Source: a virus
Lineage: Duplodnaviria > Caudoviricetes
Virus record (IMG/VR): IMGVR_UViG_3300027710_000022
Coordinates: 1-64,000 of that record
Direction: 5' to 3' (one strand)
DNA: 64,000 nucleotides
Shown: piece after piece, positions 39,549 to 48,939 of the stretch
How positions within the stretch are numbered: position 1 is the first letter of the stretch
Layout: the number at the start of each line of letters is the position of its first letter
Program-made: the position numbers and the translations under genes
The notes under the pieces: generated by a model
What the model saw: only the letters and a program-made list of their open reading frames with translations
What the model was told of the DNA's origin: nothing
Database searches by the model: none

Positions 39549-39875
39549 CTACTGTTTATCTCTTATTAATTTATCTAAGATTCTGAAACATTCTAAAAAT
39601 CCATCATATTCTACCTCACTTCTAGTTGTTTTAGAATCTTGTGTTGGACCAAAAACTATACCATTGGCCAACGATATTGAAAATACCCATTGATGTGGGT
39701 TATACATTTCAATAGTCAAATATACACCTTCTTTATCAAAAAAATAATAAAGTTTTTTTGTGTCATAAAACTCTAAAGTTGATAAACTTAGAACCCCGAC
39801 ATTAGGAAACATTACATTTGTAAATTTCTTAAATGAGGAAGGATACAAATATTCAATACTATACCAATCTATCAT
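39549..39875 (-). CDS. Hypothetical phage protein
   Basis: Start moved to MIDWYSIEYLYP. Confidence 0.6.
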   Translation of the reverse strand: MIDWYSIEYLYPSSFKKFTNVMFPNVGVLSLSTLEFYDTKKLYYFFDKEGVYLTIEMYNPHQWVFSISLANGIVFGPTQDSKTTRSEVEYDGFLECFRILDKLIRDKQ

Positions 39876-39961
39876 ATTATTAATTATAATGCATTTATGG
39901 TACTTTGTATATTGTATTTTTTGTTTTTTCAATAAAATCAATATAATTATGATTGTTTACA

Positions 39962-40201
39962 ATGATTATACATGAATTCTATTACAACGATGACAACAGG
40001 ACGTTGTACGTTGAATTTTCAACCGATGATGACAGCGATAATTTTTATCGAGTTCTAAATCTTGGATTTGAGGATGTTGAATATTATTCCCCCGAAATAA
40101 TAGTTGAGGAGGATATGGAAGGTATTGATGAAGATTTTGTGAAAGAATTAATCGTTCAATACGGTAAAGAGAATGATTTACCAGAAGAAAAAACTTTGTG
40201 A
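39962..40201 (+). CDS. Acidic hypothetical protein
   Basis: 79-aa ORF, very D/E rich. Confidence 0.6.
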   Translation: MIIHEFYYNDDNRTLYVEFSTDDDSDNFYRVLNLGFEDVEYYSPEIIVEEDMEGIDEDFVKELIVQYGKENDLPEEKTL

Positions 40202-40213
40202 TATTTATAAGAT

Positions 40214-40582
40214 ATGGGATTTTTAAACGATGATAAGAAGGAAAAGTTAACTGCGTTCGTAAAGTTCGTAAAAGACCAATTGGAACTTAAAACAGTTCCC
40301 ACTATCTCGATTAAGGGTAATAGAGACGGTTTGAAAACGACCGCGAATTATGATTACACTAAAGAAAATAAGATAATCAAAGTTTATGGTAAAAACAGAG
40401 CTTTGGTTGACATTATGAGAAGTGTTGCCCATGAAATGGTCCACCACAAACAATTTGAAGATGGTCGTTTAGAACAAAGACCACCCGATATTGGGGGTGA
40501 GATTGAGGATGAGGCAAATGCAAAGGCGGGACAATACATTAAATTGTACGCAAAAGAAGACCCGACCATCTACGAGGATTAA
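40214..40582 (+). CDS. Zincin-like (HExxH) protein
   Basis: RSVAHEMVHHKQ...EDEANA.AG. Confidence 0.65.
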   Translation: MGFLNDDKKEKLTAFVKFVKDQLELKTVPTISIKGNRDGLKTTANYDYTKENKIIKVYGKNRALVDIMRSVAHEMVHHKQFEDGRLEQRPPDIGGEIEDEANAKAGQYIKLYAKEDPTIYED

Positions 40583-40583
40583 T

Positions 40584-41165
40584 TTATTTTTTATGTAATG
40601 TTATCTCTAAGTGAGATTCTATTGCTTTATCATATACATTGTTACCTAATTTAATACTGGTAAAAAATGATTGACTTGTTAATAACAATTCATTTGATGG
40701 CATGGCCCCATATGTATCTATTGAGAAGGTGTACCTTGTCTTGTTCCCAAAATAACCCCATTCCATGATTGTATTTTTAGTACAATATGTACAAGGAAAT
40801 CCAACAAATATATAGTCATCTTTAACCACATTTTGGTTGTTTTCATATATCCTAAGTTGGTTATACTCAAAAGACCATGTTGTTTTATTTACACTAAATC
40901 TTCTATCTATTGATGAATTTTTAAAATCTTGACTTAAAAGTAATGTACTATCATTAAGAATTTGTTTTACATAAAAATCACTAACCGAAGCCTCGTTTTC
41001 CGATACCACAGTTACGTGACTATTGAAATTTACCTTATCTATAACGACTTTAACTTTAACAACGTCCCATCTACCATTAAGATTTAACATTGGGTTACTC
41101 GGTAATTCATACTTTTCACACCCAAATAGGGTAAAAACAACTAAAATCGATATTAATTTCCTCAT
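40584..41165 (-). CDS. Lipoprotein, possibly lipocalin-like
   Basis: Lipobox LFGC followed by LNGRWDVVKV. Confidence 0.6.
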   Translation of the reverse strand: MRKLISILVVFTLFGCEKYELPSNPMLNLNGRWDVVKVKVVIDKVNFNSHVTVVSENEASVSDFYVKQILNDSTLLLSQDFKNSSIDRRFSVNKTTWSFEYNQLRIYENNQNVVKDDYIFVGFPCTYCTKNTIMEWGYFGNKTRYTFSIDTYGAMPSNELLLTSQSFFTSIKLGNNVYDKAIESHLEITLHKK

Positions 41166-41246
41166 GTCTTTATATTTTAAGCAAAAATAGGTATTTTTTG
41201 GTATATCACAATCAATTTCAAAGATTTTTTTAGGTATTTATATATT

Positions 41247-41504
41247 ATGAGAATGGTCATTAACGAAAAACAACTAAAATTGATACTATCAACTGAAAAT
41301 CAAGATATTGAAGAACAGGGGGAAGTTGCGACTGAACCATCCGCAGGCACATCAAGTACTCAAGCTGGAGGTCAAGGGTACCCTGAGGTTGGGAAATGGG
41401 AAAGTGGTATAGAGAGAGGTCCTGCCAATCAAATTGGGGTTACAAAATGGGCGGATATCGTTGGTGCAAATTTAAAAAGAGGTAAGTCCAATCCACTAAA
41501 ATAA
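41247..41504 (+). CDS. Leader-bearing small protein
   Basis: MRMVINEKQLKLIL; KWESGIERGPAN motif. Confidence 0.7.
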   Translation: MRMVINEKQLKLILSTENQDIEEQGEVATEPSAGTSSTQAGGQGYPEVGKWESGIERGPANQIGVTKWADIVGANLKRGKSNPLK

Positions 41505-41539
41505 GAAATTACAGATATTTATATAGAAATCAAAAAATA

Positions 41540-42748
41540 ATGGTTTATCAAACAAGAAATATAGTTACAGAATCCGAAAGAAATAGAATTAGTTCAATAC
41601 ACGGATTTGTACCAAAAAAACGTGATTATATATTTGAAGCATGTATCACGGTTGATGGAAGATACTTTGTTATACAAGACGAAGTGTTTGATATACAAGA
41701 ACAAAAAACAATAGGAAACGTTTGGGGTTCATTGGATGTTTTTAAAACAATTTTTGAGAGTGTTAAATTAGAAGATGAGGGTTATTCACAAATTAGAGAA
41801 AACGTCCTTTCTTTACCAATATTAGAATCACAACAAAACCTTTATGGTTTAAGGGACATATTACTTGAATTTAATTTTTTACAAGATACGTGGTTAGGTA
41901 GACAATTTAAAAGTGCTGGAGATAGTGTTGCCGATTTTGCAAAAACATCATATGAAGGTGTAAAGAAATTTGGACTTGCAGTATCTCAAGGGGATTGGAT
42001 GGGTATTTTAAAATTATTAGGTCAAGGTGTTAAATACGTTTTAAGAAAATTAAAAGATGCCTTATATAGTAATCTAGGTATGATTGTAGATGCGGTTTTA
42101 ATTGCAACAGGTGTTGGTGCAGGAGCGACAAAAATTGCTTGGGGATTGGTTGTAGCTTTAGACCTTTATCAATTAATAAGTGATGATTGGCCAGAAGAAG
42201 AAAAAAATGATCCGTTTTGGTTAAAATGTTTATTCTTAGGTTTTGATATATTAGGATTTACAACTGCAGCCGCGGCTGCTAAAGCGGCTAAAGCGGGAAT
42301 TATGCCAATTAAAACACTTGTAAGTAATCCAGCAAAAATTGCACAATATTTTGAAAAGAACCCAAAGGTTAAAGGAATGATAACCTCAATGGTTGACGGA
42401 ATAAAACAAGTGCCAGCCTTATTACAATCGGTAATGAAGACACTTTCGGCTAAATTTCCTAAAGGTGCAAGTTTTATTAACGGTGTTTTAGGTGGATTAA
42501 AAACAATATCAACAAGATTCACCGAAAGTTTACAGAGATTGTTAGGACAAAAAGCGGGTACAGGAGCATCTGCTGGTGCGAAGACCACTGGTATACTTTA
42601 CGGTTTTGAGAAAGCAATCGGTGGACACGAAACTAAAGGTGCGACTATGGCTACTAATAGTGCTGCTAATGGTATGGACCCTATGGTATCGAACCAATAT
42701 GCTGAATTAGTTAGAACTAAATATAATGGTAAAGATCCATGGGATTAA
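41540..42748 (+). CDS. Putative virion/ejection protein with hydrophobic helices
   Basis: IVTESERNRI leader-like segment; G/A-rich hydrophobic stretches (LGMIVDAVLIATGVGAG; AAAAAKAAKAG). Confidence 0.55.
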   Translation: MVYQTRNIVTESERNRISSIHGFVPKKRDYIFEACITVDGRYFVIQDEVFDIQEQKTIGNVWGSLDVFKTIFESVKLEDEGYSQIRENVLSLPILESQQNLYGLRDILLEFNFLQDTWLGRQFKSAGDSVADFAKTSYEGVKKFGLAVSQGDWMGILKLLGQGVKYVLRKLKDALYSNLGMIVDAVLIATGVGAGATKIAWGLVVALDLYQLISDDWPEEEKNDPFWLKCLFLGFDILGFTTAAAAAKAAKAGIMPIKTLVSNPAKIAQYFEKNPKVKGMITSMVDGIKQVPALLQSVMKTLSAKFPKGASFINGVLGGLKTISTRFTESLQRLLGQKAGTGASAGAKTTGILYGFEKAIGGHETKGATMATNSAANGMDPMVSNQYAELVRTKYNGKDPWD

Positions 42749-42770
42749 ATTTAAAATTTAAAATTTATAT

Positions 42771-44591
42771 ATGAAAGATAATACAAACCCAATTGACAGA
42801 ATTAAATTAATGATGTCATATGATAATGAAAAAACTTTAAATGAAAATTTAAATGTTTTAAACTTAATAAGTGAAGATGAGTCAACTGAGGTTGGGGAAC
42901 AATTCAGGAAAGAAGTTGCAAGTAGATTTAAAAATACCGCTACAGGTGCTAAGGAAACCGCTATAATTTCTGCAATGGGTAAAGAATTTAAATTGGCAGA
43001 TAATGTTATTGCAACAGCATTAACAAAAGACCTTACTCAATTAACTAAAGAACTTGAAGATGCGATAAAGTTGGATTTGAAAAATGGAGTAAGAGTATCA
43101 ACAACAAATACATTGGGGCCAGCAGCGAAAGAAGCCTCTAAATTAAAGGCAATGAAAGAAATGTCATTAAAAAGTAGTGAATTAAAGGCATCAGGAAAAA
43201 ATATAACAACTAAAGAAATTGATGATATAGTTTTAAGAGCACAAACGGAATCTAAAGAGATGGCTAGAAAATTAGAAACTGGTGTTGTTAGTAAAGAAGG
43301 AAAAAAAGCTGCCAATCAAACAAAGAAAATTGCGGATTTAGAAGCAAAGATTAAACAATTAGAAACAGTTAAAACACCTCAACAAGCGGAAGCAGCAATT
43401 AAAAATGAGGTTAACATTACTATGACTCAGGGAGGTGCCGCAGGAACACACGCTGAAATGCAAGCAATTAAAGAAATGGCACCGGAAGCTAAAGTGGTTG
43501 CTCAAGAATCCAAAGCAATAGTTGAAACAATGAAACCATCTAAATGGGAAAAATTCAAAAAAATTGCAGGTAGATTAAGTCCAAAATATTGGATTATGTT
43601 AGGTTTAGCTGGTGTAGGTGGTTGGTATCTTTGGAAATTTTTTAAAGGTGGAACAACAAAACCAGGAGATCAATTATTTGGTAAATGTTTAGATGATGTT
43701 ATAGACGATAACGGAACAACGATTGTAAATACATCGGGTGGAGATCCAGTGGTACAGGTTAAAAATACAGGTAATACGGAATATGATCAAAAGGGTGGAT
43801 TATGGTTTTACAACAATGGTAGAGTGTGGATGGTTGATGGGACTAAAAAAGGTAGATGGTCATGTAAAGGTAAAGAAACAGTAATTGCAGAACAAGGAGA
43901 CGGTAATCCAAATACAGGTATTGGTAACATTAATATTACTTGGGATGGTGAATCGAGTCCGGTAACAACAGAACCGATAAAAACGGAACCAGTAAAAACG
44001 GATAATCCAAAATATCACGATTGTGCTTCAAAAGATTTTCCGTTTGAATTTGGATGTATTTCACCAAAAATTGCGGAAATACAAAAATGTTTAGGTATAA
44101 CACCACAAAAAGGTTATTTTGGACCTAAGACTAAAAAAGGTTTAGAAGATTTACAATATAATTTATCAGGTGGTATTACTAAAGAAACATATGATAAGAT
44201 TATATCAGCTTGTAACCCAACAACTGGTTCTACAACTGGTACAACTACAGGGTCTACAACAGGTTCTACCACTTCAGTAACGGGTACAACTACAGGTTCT
44301 ACAACTGGTAATACAACAACCGCACCAATAACACCTCCAGCAGTACCTGCTGAACCTGTATACGATAGAAACAGATTACAAGAATTATTGGCTAGTAAAA
44401 ATTTAGTTAAAAAACGTAATGGTGTTATTGTTAAATGGAAAGGTCCTGAATTAGAAGGTAACGACTATTACATCTTAGATAAATATTTGAAAGACCAAGG
44501 TTATATTCAAAAGAAACAAAGAGAAACTGGTGATAGAGACGATGAAGATGTAACAATGAAATATAAGTGGAAATTACAAGGAGAAGAATAG
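42771..44591 (+). CDS. Putative virion protein: coiled coil, TM helix, peptidoglycan-binding-like segment, Thr/Gly/Ser-rich tract
   Basis: YWIMLGLAGVGGWYLW; IQKCLG....GYFGPKT; TTGSTTGTTTGSTTGSTT. Confidence 0.6.
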   Translation: MKDNTNPIDRIKLMMSYDNEKTLNENLNVLNLISEDESTEVGEQFRKEVASRFKNTATGAKETAIISAMGKEFKLADNVIATALTKDLTQLTKELEDAIKLDLKNGVRVSTTNTLGPAAKEASKLKAMKEMSLKSSELKASGKNITTKEIDDIVLRAQTESKEMARKLETGVVSKEGKKAANQTKKIADLEAKIKQLETVKTPQQAEAAIKNEVNITMTQGGAAGTHAEMQAIKEMAPEAKVVAQESKAIVETMKPSKWEKFKKIAGRLSPKYWIMLGLAGVGGWYLWKFFKGGTTKPGDQLFGKCLDDVIDDNGTTIVNTSGGDPVVQVKNTGNTEYDQKGGLWFYNNGRVWMVDGTKKGRWSCKGKETVIAEQGDGNPNTGIGNINITWDGESSPVTTEPIKTEPVKTDNPKYHDCASKDFPFEFGCISPKIAEIQKCLGITPQKGYFGPKTKKGLEDLQYNLSGGITKETYDKIISACNPTTGSTTGTTTGSTTGSTTSVTGTTTGSTTGNTTTAPITPPAVPAEPVYDRNRLQELLASKNLVKKRNGVIVKWKGPELEGNDYYILDKYLKDQGYIQKKQRETGDRDDEDVTMKYKWKLQGEE

Positions 44592-44592
44592 T

Positions 44593-45237
44593 ATGAAAGA
44601 TATTAAAAAAATAGTAAGTGAAAACCTCTCAAAGAAGCATTCTATAAACGAATCCTTTGAGAGGATTTTTCTAAATGAAAATGATGAAGATAAATTCGGT
44701 TTAACCATACAATATTTGGGTAAATTGATAGATGAGGGATATGACAATGAACAAATAGAAAATGTAGTAAACGAACAATTTGATTGGTTAAAAAAACTAT
44801 TCACCCCAAATAAACAAAATCCACAAGATGCATCTACAAGAAGTGGTATTTTAGATAAAGTAGGTGGTGGAGCCATTTCACAATTTAAAGAATATGCAAT
44901 AACGACATTATTAAACCTAATAGGGTTTAAAGGTCCATTAGTGAGTGCAATGGCAACTGCAATGAGTGAAATGACATTAAGTGATTTAATTGCTGTCTTT
45001 AGAGATAAACAAAGTTGTTCATATCATGGTAGTACTGTTGCAGATGCATTATCAGAATCATTAGTGGTATATATTATTTCATCAAGTACTGAAGAAGATT
45101 CAATGGCGGCAAATTTCTTAAGAAATACAGTATTTGAATACATAAAATCAAGTCAATTTGGTGAAATGTTAGCAAATGCTGTTTGTAATGTTGCATACAA
45201 AACAAAATCAAGAATTATTTCAAACATTAATGAATAA
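44593..45237 (+). CDS. Leader-bearing hypothetical protein
   Basis: MKDIKKIVSENL...INES. Confidence 0.65.
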   Translation: MKDIKKIVSENLSKKHSINESFERIFLNENDEDKFGLTIQYLGKLIDEGYDNEQIENVVNEQFDWLKKLFTPNKQNPQDASTRSGILDKVGGGAISQFKEYAITTLLNLIGFKGPLVSAMATAMSEMTLSDLIAVFRDKQSCSYHGSTVADALSESLVVYIISSSTEEDSMAANFLRNTVFEYIKSSQFGEMLANAVCNVAYKTKSRIISNINE

Positions 45238-45369
45238 TAAGATATTTATATGTAGAGTTTAATTGGTTTGGTCGCCATTAAACGATAATACTTATAAAAC
45301 GAAAAGGAGGTGTTCTAAATCTCGACAAAGGGTCTTCGGACCTTTTGCTCGTTTATATGGGTACCAAAT

Positions 45370-45395
45370 AAAAAACCCATCCGAAGATGGGTTTA
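45370..45395. terminator. Intrinsic terminator at the tmRNA 3' end
   Basis: AAAAAACCCATC CGAA GATGGGTTTA. Confidence 0.75.
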
Positions 45396-45805
45396 TGGTG
45401 GAGGTGACGGGACTCGAACCCGTGTCTTTCCTGTTCAACAATAAATGACTACACGTTTATTCAATTAGTTCACAACTGACAAATATTTGGTTCCTATTTT
45501 GACATCGTTACCAACAACTGTGTCGAGTTCACTTTTGTTACGGTAGTCCTCTGAACGAGACCGTTTGTTTCTTTTTGGGTAGAAACCACACCTTAAGTAC
45601 TTCTGTTCCTAGGTTATATGTACGTCGACCCGATTGTAGTTTCGCCTTAGGCTACTGCTACGTTAGAAGTTGCAAGAATACCTGCTACTTCCATGTTGTT
45701 GTAAACGTTGCCGTCTAAAATTTTCCACCGTAGATTTAAGTCATAGATGAAGTCTGACTACGTGCCACTTACCCCTGATACCTGAAATCAATGCCAGGCA
45801 CCCCC
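45396..45805 (-). ncRNA. ssrA: tmRNA
   Basis: Acceptor stem GGGGGUG/CACCUCC with G3-U70, A73 and encoded CCA; T-arm GGUUCGAGUCC; internal tag ORF 45712-45647 encodes GNVYNNMEVAGILATSNVAVA*. Confidence 0.92.
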
Positions 45806-45810
45806 ATATT

Positions 45811-45855
45811 TTAAAGAACTTATACAAATGTAGATGAAAAAGGGTTAAAAAACAA
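45811..45855 (-). promoter_or_regulatory. Host-type promoter plus boxA-like element upstream of tmRNA
   Basis: TTTG-N19-TACATTTG, then AGTTCTTTAA. Confidence 0.7.
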
Positions 45856-45889
45856 ATTTTAACCCTTAAATTCCTATATGTGTAATTAT

Positions 45890-46192
45890 TTATTTCTTAG
45901 CAGATGGTTTTCTTCCTTTACGAGCTTGATTTCCTTTAGTTGCGGTTACAACATCCTTAGATTGTTTAACAACTTTTTTTGCTGCTTCAACAACATCTTT
46001 AGATTCCTCAACCACTCTTTTTGCTCTTTCTTTAACTACTTTAGCAACTTCTTTAACTTCTGCTAGTTTTTCTTCAACCGCATCTGGAATGTTATTACCA
46101 TCTTTGTCTTCGATTTTACCTGATTTCATTAGGAAAAATACTACAGCTCCAGCTACAACCAAAGCCAATAAAATTAAAAGTACTGTCATCAT
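45890..46192 (-). CDS. Small membrane-anchored protein with basic tail
   Basis: N-terminal TM helix, IEDKDGNNIPD, K-rich C-terminus. Confidence 0.7.
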   Translation of the reverse strand: MMTVLLILLALVVAGAVVFFLMKSGKIEDKDGNNIPDAVEEKLAEVKEVAKVVKERAKRVVEESKDVVEAAKKVVKQSKDVVTATKGNQARKGRKPSAKK

Positions 46193-46228
46193 AATTGTTT
46201 GTTTTATATATAAATATCCGTTATTGTG

Positions 46229-46918
46229 CTAAAATCGATTAACCCTTAAAGGGAAGTGTTTCTCATATAATGCTTCAAAAAACAACTTATTTTTCTCCCA
46301 TTGTTTATTAGTCATACCAATAGATTTGTGTGTTACCATTATTTTAGTGGTAACCCCAACTTTAATTCCATCTAAATGGTTGTCAACACAAAATGGTAAA
46401 TCATAAAAATGAAACCCTGTAAATTCTTCATTAAACTTATGTTTAATTCTACCTTTATGAACCATAATAAACAATCCATCAACAATTACCACTTCTTTTG
46501 GTTTGTCACCAAATGATTGTTTTGAATAGTGATTTACATGTCTTTTACCTTCATGTTCATGACCCACAACACCATACATAGATTCTCTATCTTGCCACCA
46601 CATTCCACTCATTAAGTTATCAGTACCTGCCAATCCTAAAATTCCATATTCAGGATTTTCTTCAAAAAGTCTAACAACTTTTGGTGTAATGTTGGAAGTT
46701 TCTAAAATAAGATCATCATGCATAAACACAACAATATCATGTTCAGAATCTTGTAATCCTGTGTTATATATTTTAGGTAGAGAATCCACACCATCATTCT
46801 CATAAATTAATATTTGAGTTTTAGGGTGTGAAAACATTTTCTCAACGTGTTTTAAATAGACATCATCAATTTTACGTGTTGAGATGACGACACTTATTGG
46901 TTCATTATATTTCGACAT
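46229..46918 (-). CDS. GT2-like glycosyltransferase (Glyco_tranf_2_5 type)
   Basis: IYN.G......DIVVFMHDD; G.LGLAG; V.IVDGLFI; FHFYD..FC. Confidence 0.75.
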   Translation of the reverse strand: MSKYNEPISVVISTRKIDDVYLKHVEKMFSHPKTQILIYENDGVDSLPKIYNTGLQDSEHDIVVFMHDDLILETSNITPKVVRLFEENPEYGILGLAGTDNLMSGMWWQDRESMYGVVGHEHEGKRHVNHYSKQSFGDKPKEVVIVDGLFIMVHKGRIKHKFNEEFTGFHFYDLPFCVDNHLDGIKVGVTTKIMVTHKSIGMTNKQWEKNKLFFEALYEKHFPLRVNRF

Positions 46919-47654
46919 GTGTTGCGATTATTTCACCATAAACTTCTTGAAGGTCTATGATTATTGGTTTATTAATTGGACTATATCCAGGATTACATAT
47001 TGACGCATTTACAAATAATGTTTTATTACCGATCTCAACACCGTAACCTTCGTGAATATGACCAAATACACTTACTAATGGATTTATTTCTTCTATTCTA
47101 TTTCGTAACAACTCACAACCAACATTCGTATTTGGTTGTCGCCAATTATTAACTAAATCTCCATATCCATTTGGTGGTCCGTGTGTAATTAACACGTCGG
47201 TATCGGTTGGGATGTTATTCCATTTTTCTAACAACTCTTCACCCATTCTCGGTAAATTAAAAGCCCAATCATAAAACCATGGTTGCCAAGGACTACCATA
47301 AAATTTAATAGGTCTTGAAAATTCATCACTTTCAATTGTTATAAAACTATCCTCTAAATAAGTTACATCAGATTGAGATAAATTTTCGGGTGACATTAAA
47401 TTATGTAACCAATCATAATCACCTTTATGGTGAGGTTGATTAACTCTTTCAAAACAATGGTCGTGATTACCTGATATGAATATTTTTTCATCAAATCCTT
47501 TAATGTTTTGAAACCAATGAATAAATTCGGTAACATCCCTTTCTCCACCTCGATTAGAAATATCACCCGCATGTATTAGCACATCACCAGATGGTATTTC
47601 GTGGGCCATACCACTATGTAAACTATGTGTGTCAGATATACAAACGATTCTCAT
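46905..47654 (-). CDS. Calcineurin-like metallophosphoesterase
   Basis: ISDTH, HAGD, GNHD, THGPP, GHIHE. Confidence 0.9.
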   Translation of the reverse strand: MRIVCISDTHSLHSGMAHEIPSGDVLIHAGDISNRGGERDVTEFIHWFQNIKGFDEKIFISGNHDHCFERVNQPHHKGDYDWLHNLMSPENLSQSDVTYLEDSFITIESDEFSRPIKFYGSPWQPWFYDWAFNLPRMGEELLEKWNNIPTDTDVLITHGPPNGYGDLVNNWRQPNTNVGCELLRNRIEEINPLVSVFGHIHEGYGVEIGNKTLFVNASICNPGYSPINKPIIIDLQEVYGEIIATHVEI

Positions 47655-47722
47655 AATATCAAATATAAGTAAAATTTATTAAAATGCATAAAAAAAGTCA
47701 GAATAAATCTGACTAATTTTTT

Positions 47723-48589
47723 TTGGGCCGAACGGTTTTAAAACGTTCCAATTCCACCACTTTGTTTTACTAAACAAAGAAAAAAAACACTGAGAATACA
47801 TGTTTTAACAATTGACTTGGGGACATTATTTGATTCTTCCCTTTTCCACTACCTTTTGAGTAGTACCAATCAGCGGCGGTCAATTAGATTAACCAATCCT
47901 TAAGTCGTTATATACTCTTTTAATACTCATTACTCATCAAAGATGCCTCCCTGATTCAACCTTGCGGGTTTAGAGAACTTTTTTAAAAATCACATTGGGC
48001 TTGAGACCCTTTGTGGCCGTGAACCCCTCACGACTATGTAGCCACCTGTCTACAACGACTGACGAACACTTTTTCTTGTATGATTTTAAGTTGTTAAACC
48101 AAAATTAACAAAATTTAGTTTCCGAATTTGGGAAAGTAGTGGTTCGTCGACCAGCCAAGCCACCTTTTGAGCGACTCGATACTAAACTACTCTCTGTAAC
48201 ATCCCTGCTACCATATTTTTGGACCCCTTCAAAACTAAACTCTTGGTAGAGTTTAATAAAGGATGATAACGACACCACTCGTACTTCACCATACCTTTCG
48301 GTTTTAAGATTCCCATCATATTGAATCACGCAATTGTAAAGTCGGATAACGATACTTCTCACAATAACTCTATGGATTATTCTTATTGGTGTTCCCACCT
48401 CAACCAAACAACTCGGATTGCTTGGTCGTCAAACCACTTTCCCTAAAGTGTTACCCTCAGTACTTAAGGTTTAACGATACTCCACTTGCCTACTCGAGAT
48501 CCATTACTGAATCCGCAACTCACCCCAACCAAGGGTTTGTCACTTTATCCCACTTTCATGGTTTATTTTAATCGACCATAGGCGGCCAA
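47723..48589 (-). ncRNA. Large (~870 nt) structured non-coding RNA, GOLLD-like candidate
   Basis: No credible ORF; GC-richer than flanks; 5' UUGGCCG can pair with 3' CGGCCCAA; many hairpins; own promoter (48627-48634) and boxA-like element; next to a phage tRNA array. Confidence 0.6.
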
Positions 48590-48599
48590 TATTTTTAAA

Positions 48600-48657
48600 T
48601 CAAAGAACTATTTCTTGTTTCTTTTACAAAGATAAGAAAACTTTTTTAAAAAACAAA
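48600..48657 (-). promoter_or_regulatory. Host-type promoter plus boxA-like element
   Basis: TTTG-N19-TATCTTTG, then AGTTCTTTGA at 48600-48609. Confidence 0.7.
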
Positions 48658-48664
48658 ATATTTT

Positions 48665-48898
48665 TTAATTATTTTCTACTTTATTTTTTTTCAATGTTTT
48701 TTTAGAAGATACTTTCTCAGTTGTCTTCTTTGTCTTGTACTCAGGATTTTTATAAAGTTTATATTCGGTCTTTGGTGCAAATGACCAATAACCACCCTTA
48801 ACTCTTAAATCCGCTTCATTGTCATCTACTCTCAGTACCTCACCAATTTCATGACCCTTACTTGCTTTAATTAATTTAATACATTTCATATTTTCCAT
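48665..48898 (-). CDS. Small basic hypothetical protein
   Basis: 77-aa ORF. Confidence 0.6.
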   Translation of the reverse strand: MENMKCIKLIKASKGHEIGEVLRVDDNEADLRVKGGYWSFAPKTEYKLYKNPEYKTKKTTEKVSSKKTLKKNKVENN

Positions 48899-48939
48899 GT
48901 TTATAATAAAATATAAGAAATAAAAACCATAAAAAAAAA

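Noticed and set aside
48105-48571. Track ORFs 48105-48407 (-) and 48386-48571 (+)
   Set aside because: They lie inside the end-paired giant RNA candidate, with atypical composition and no recognisable motifs
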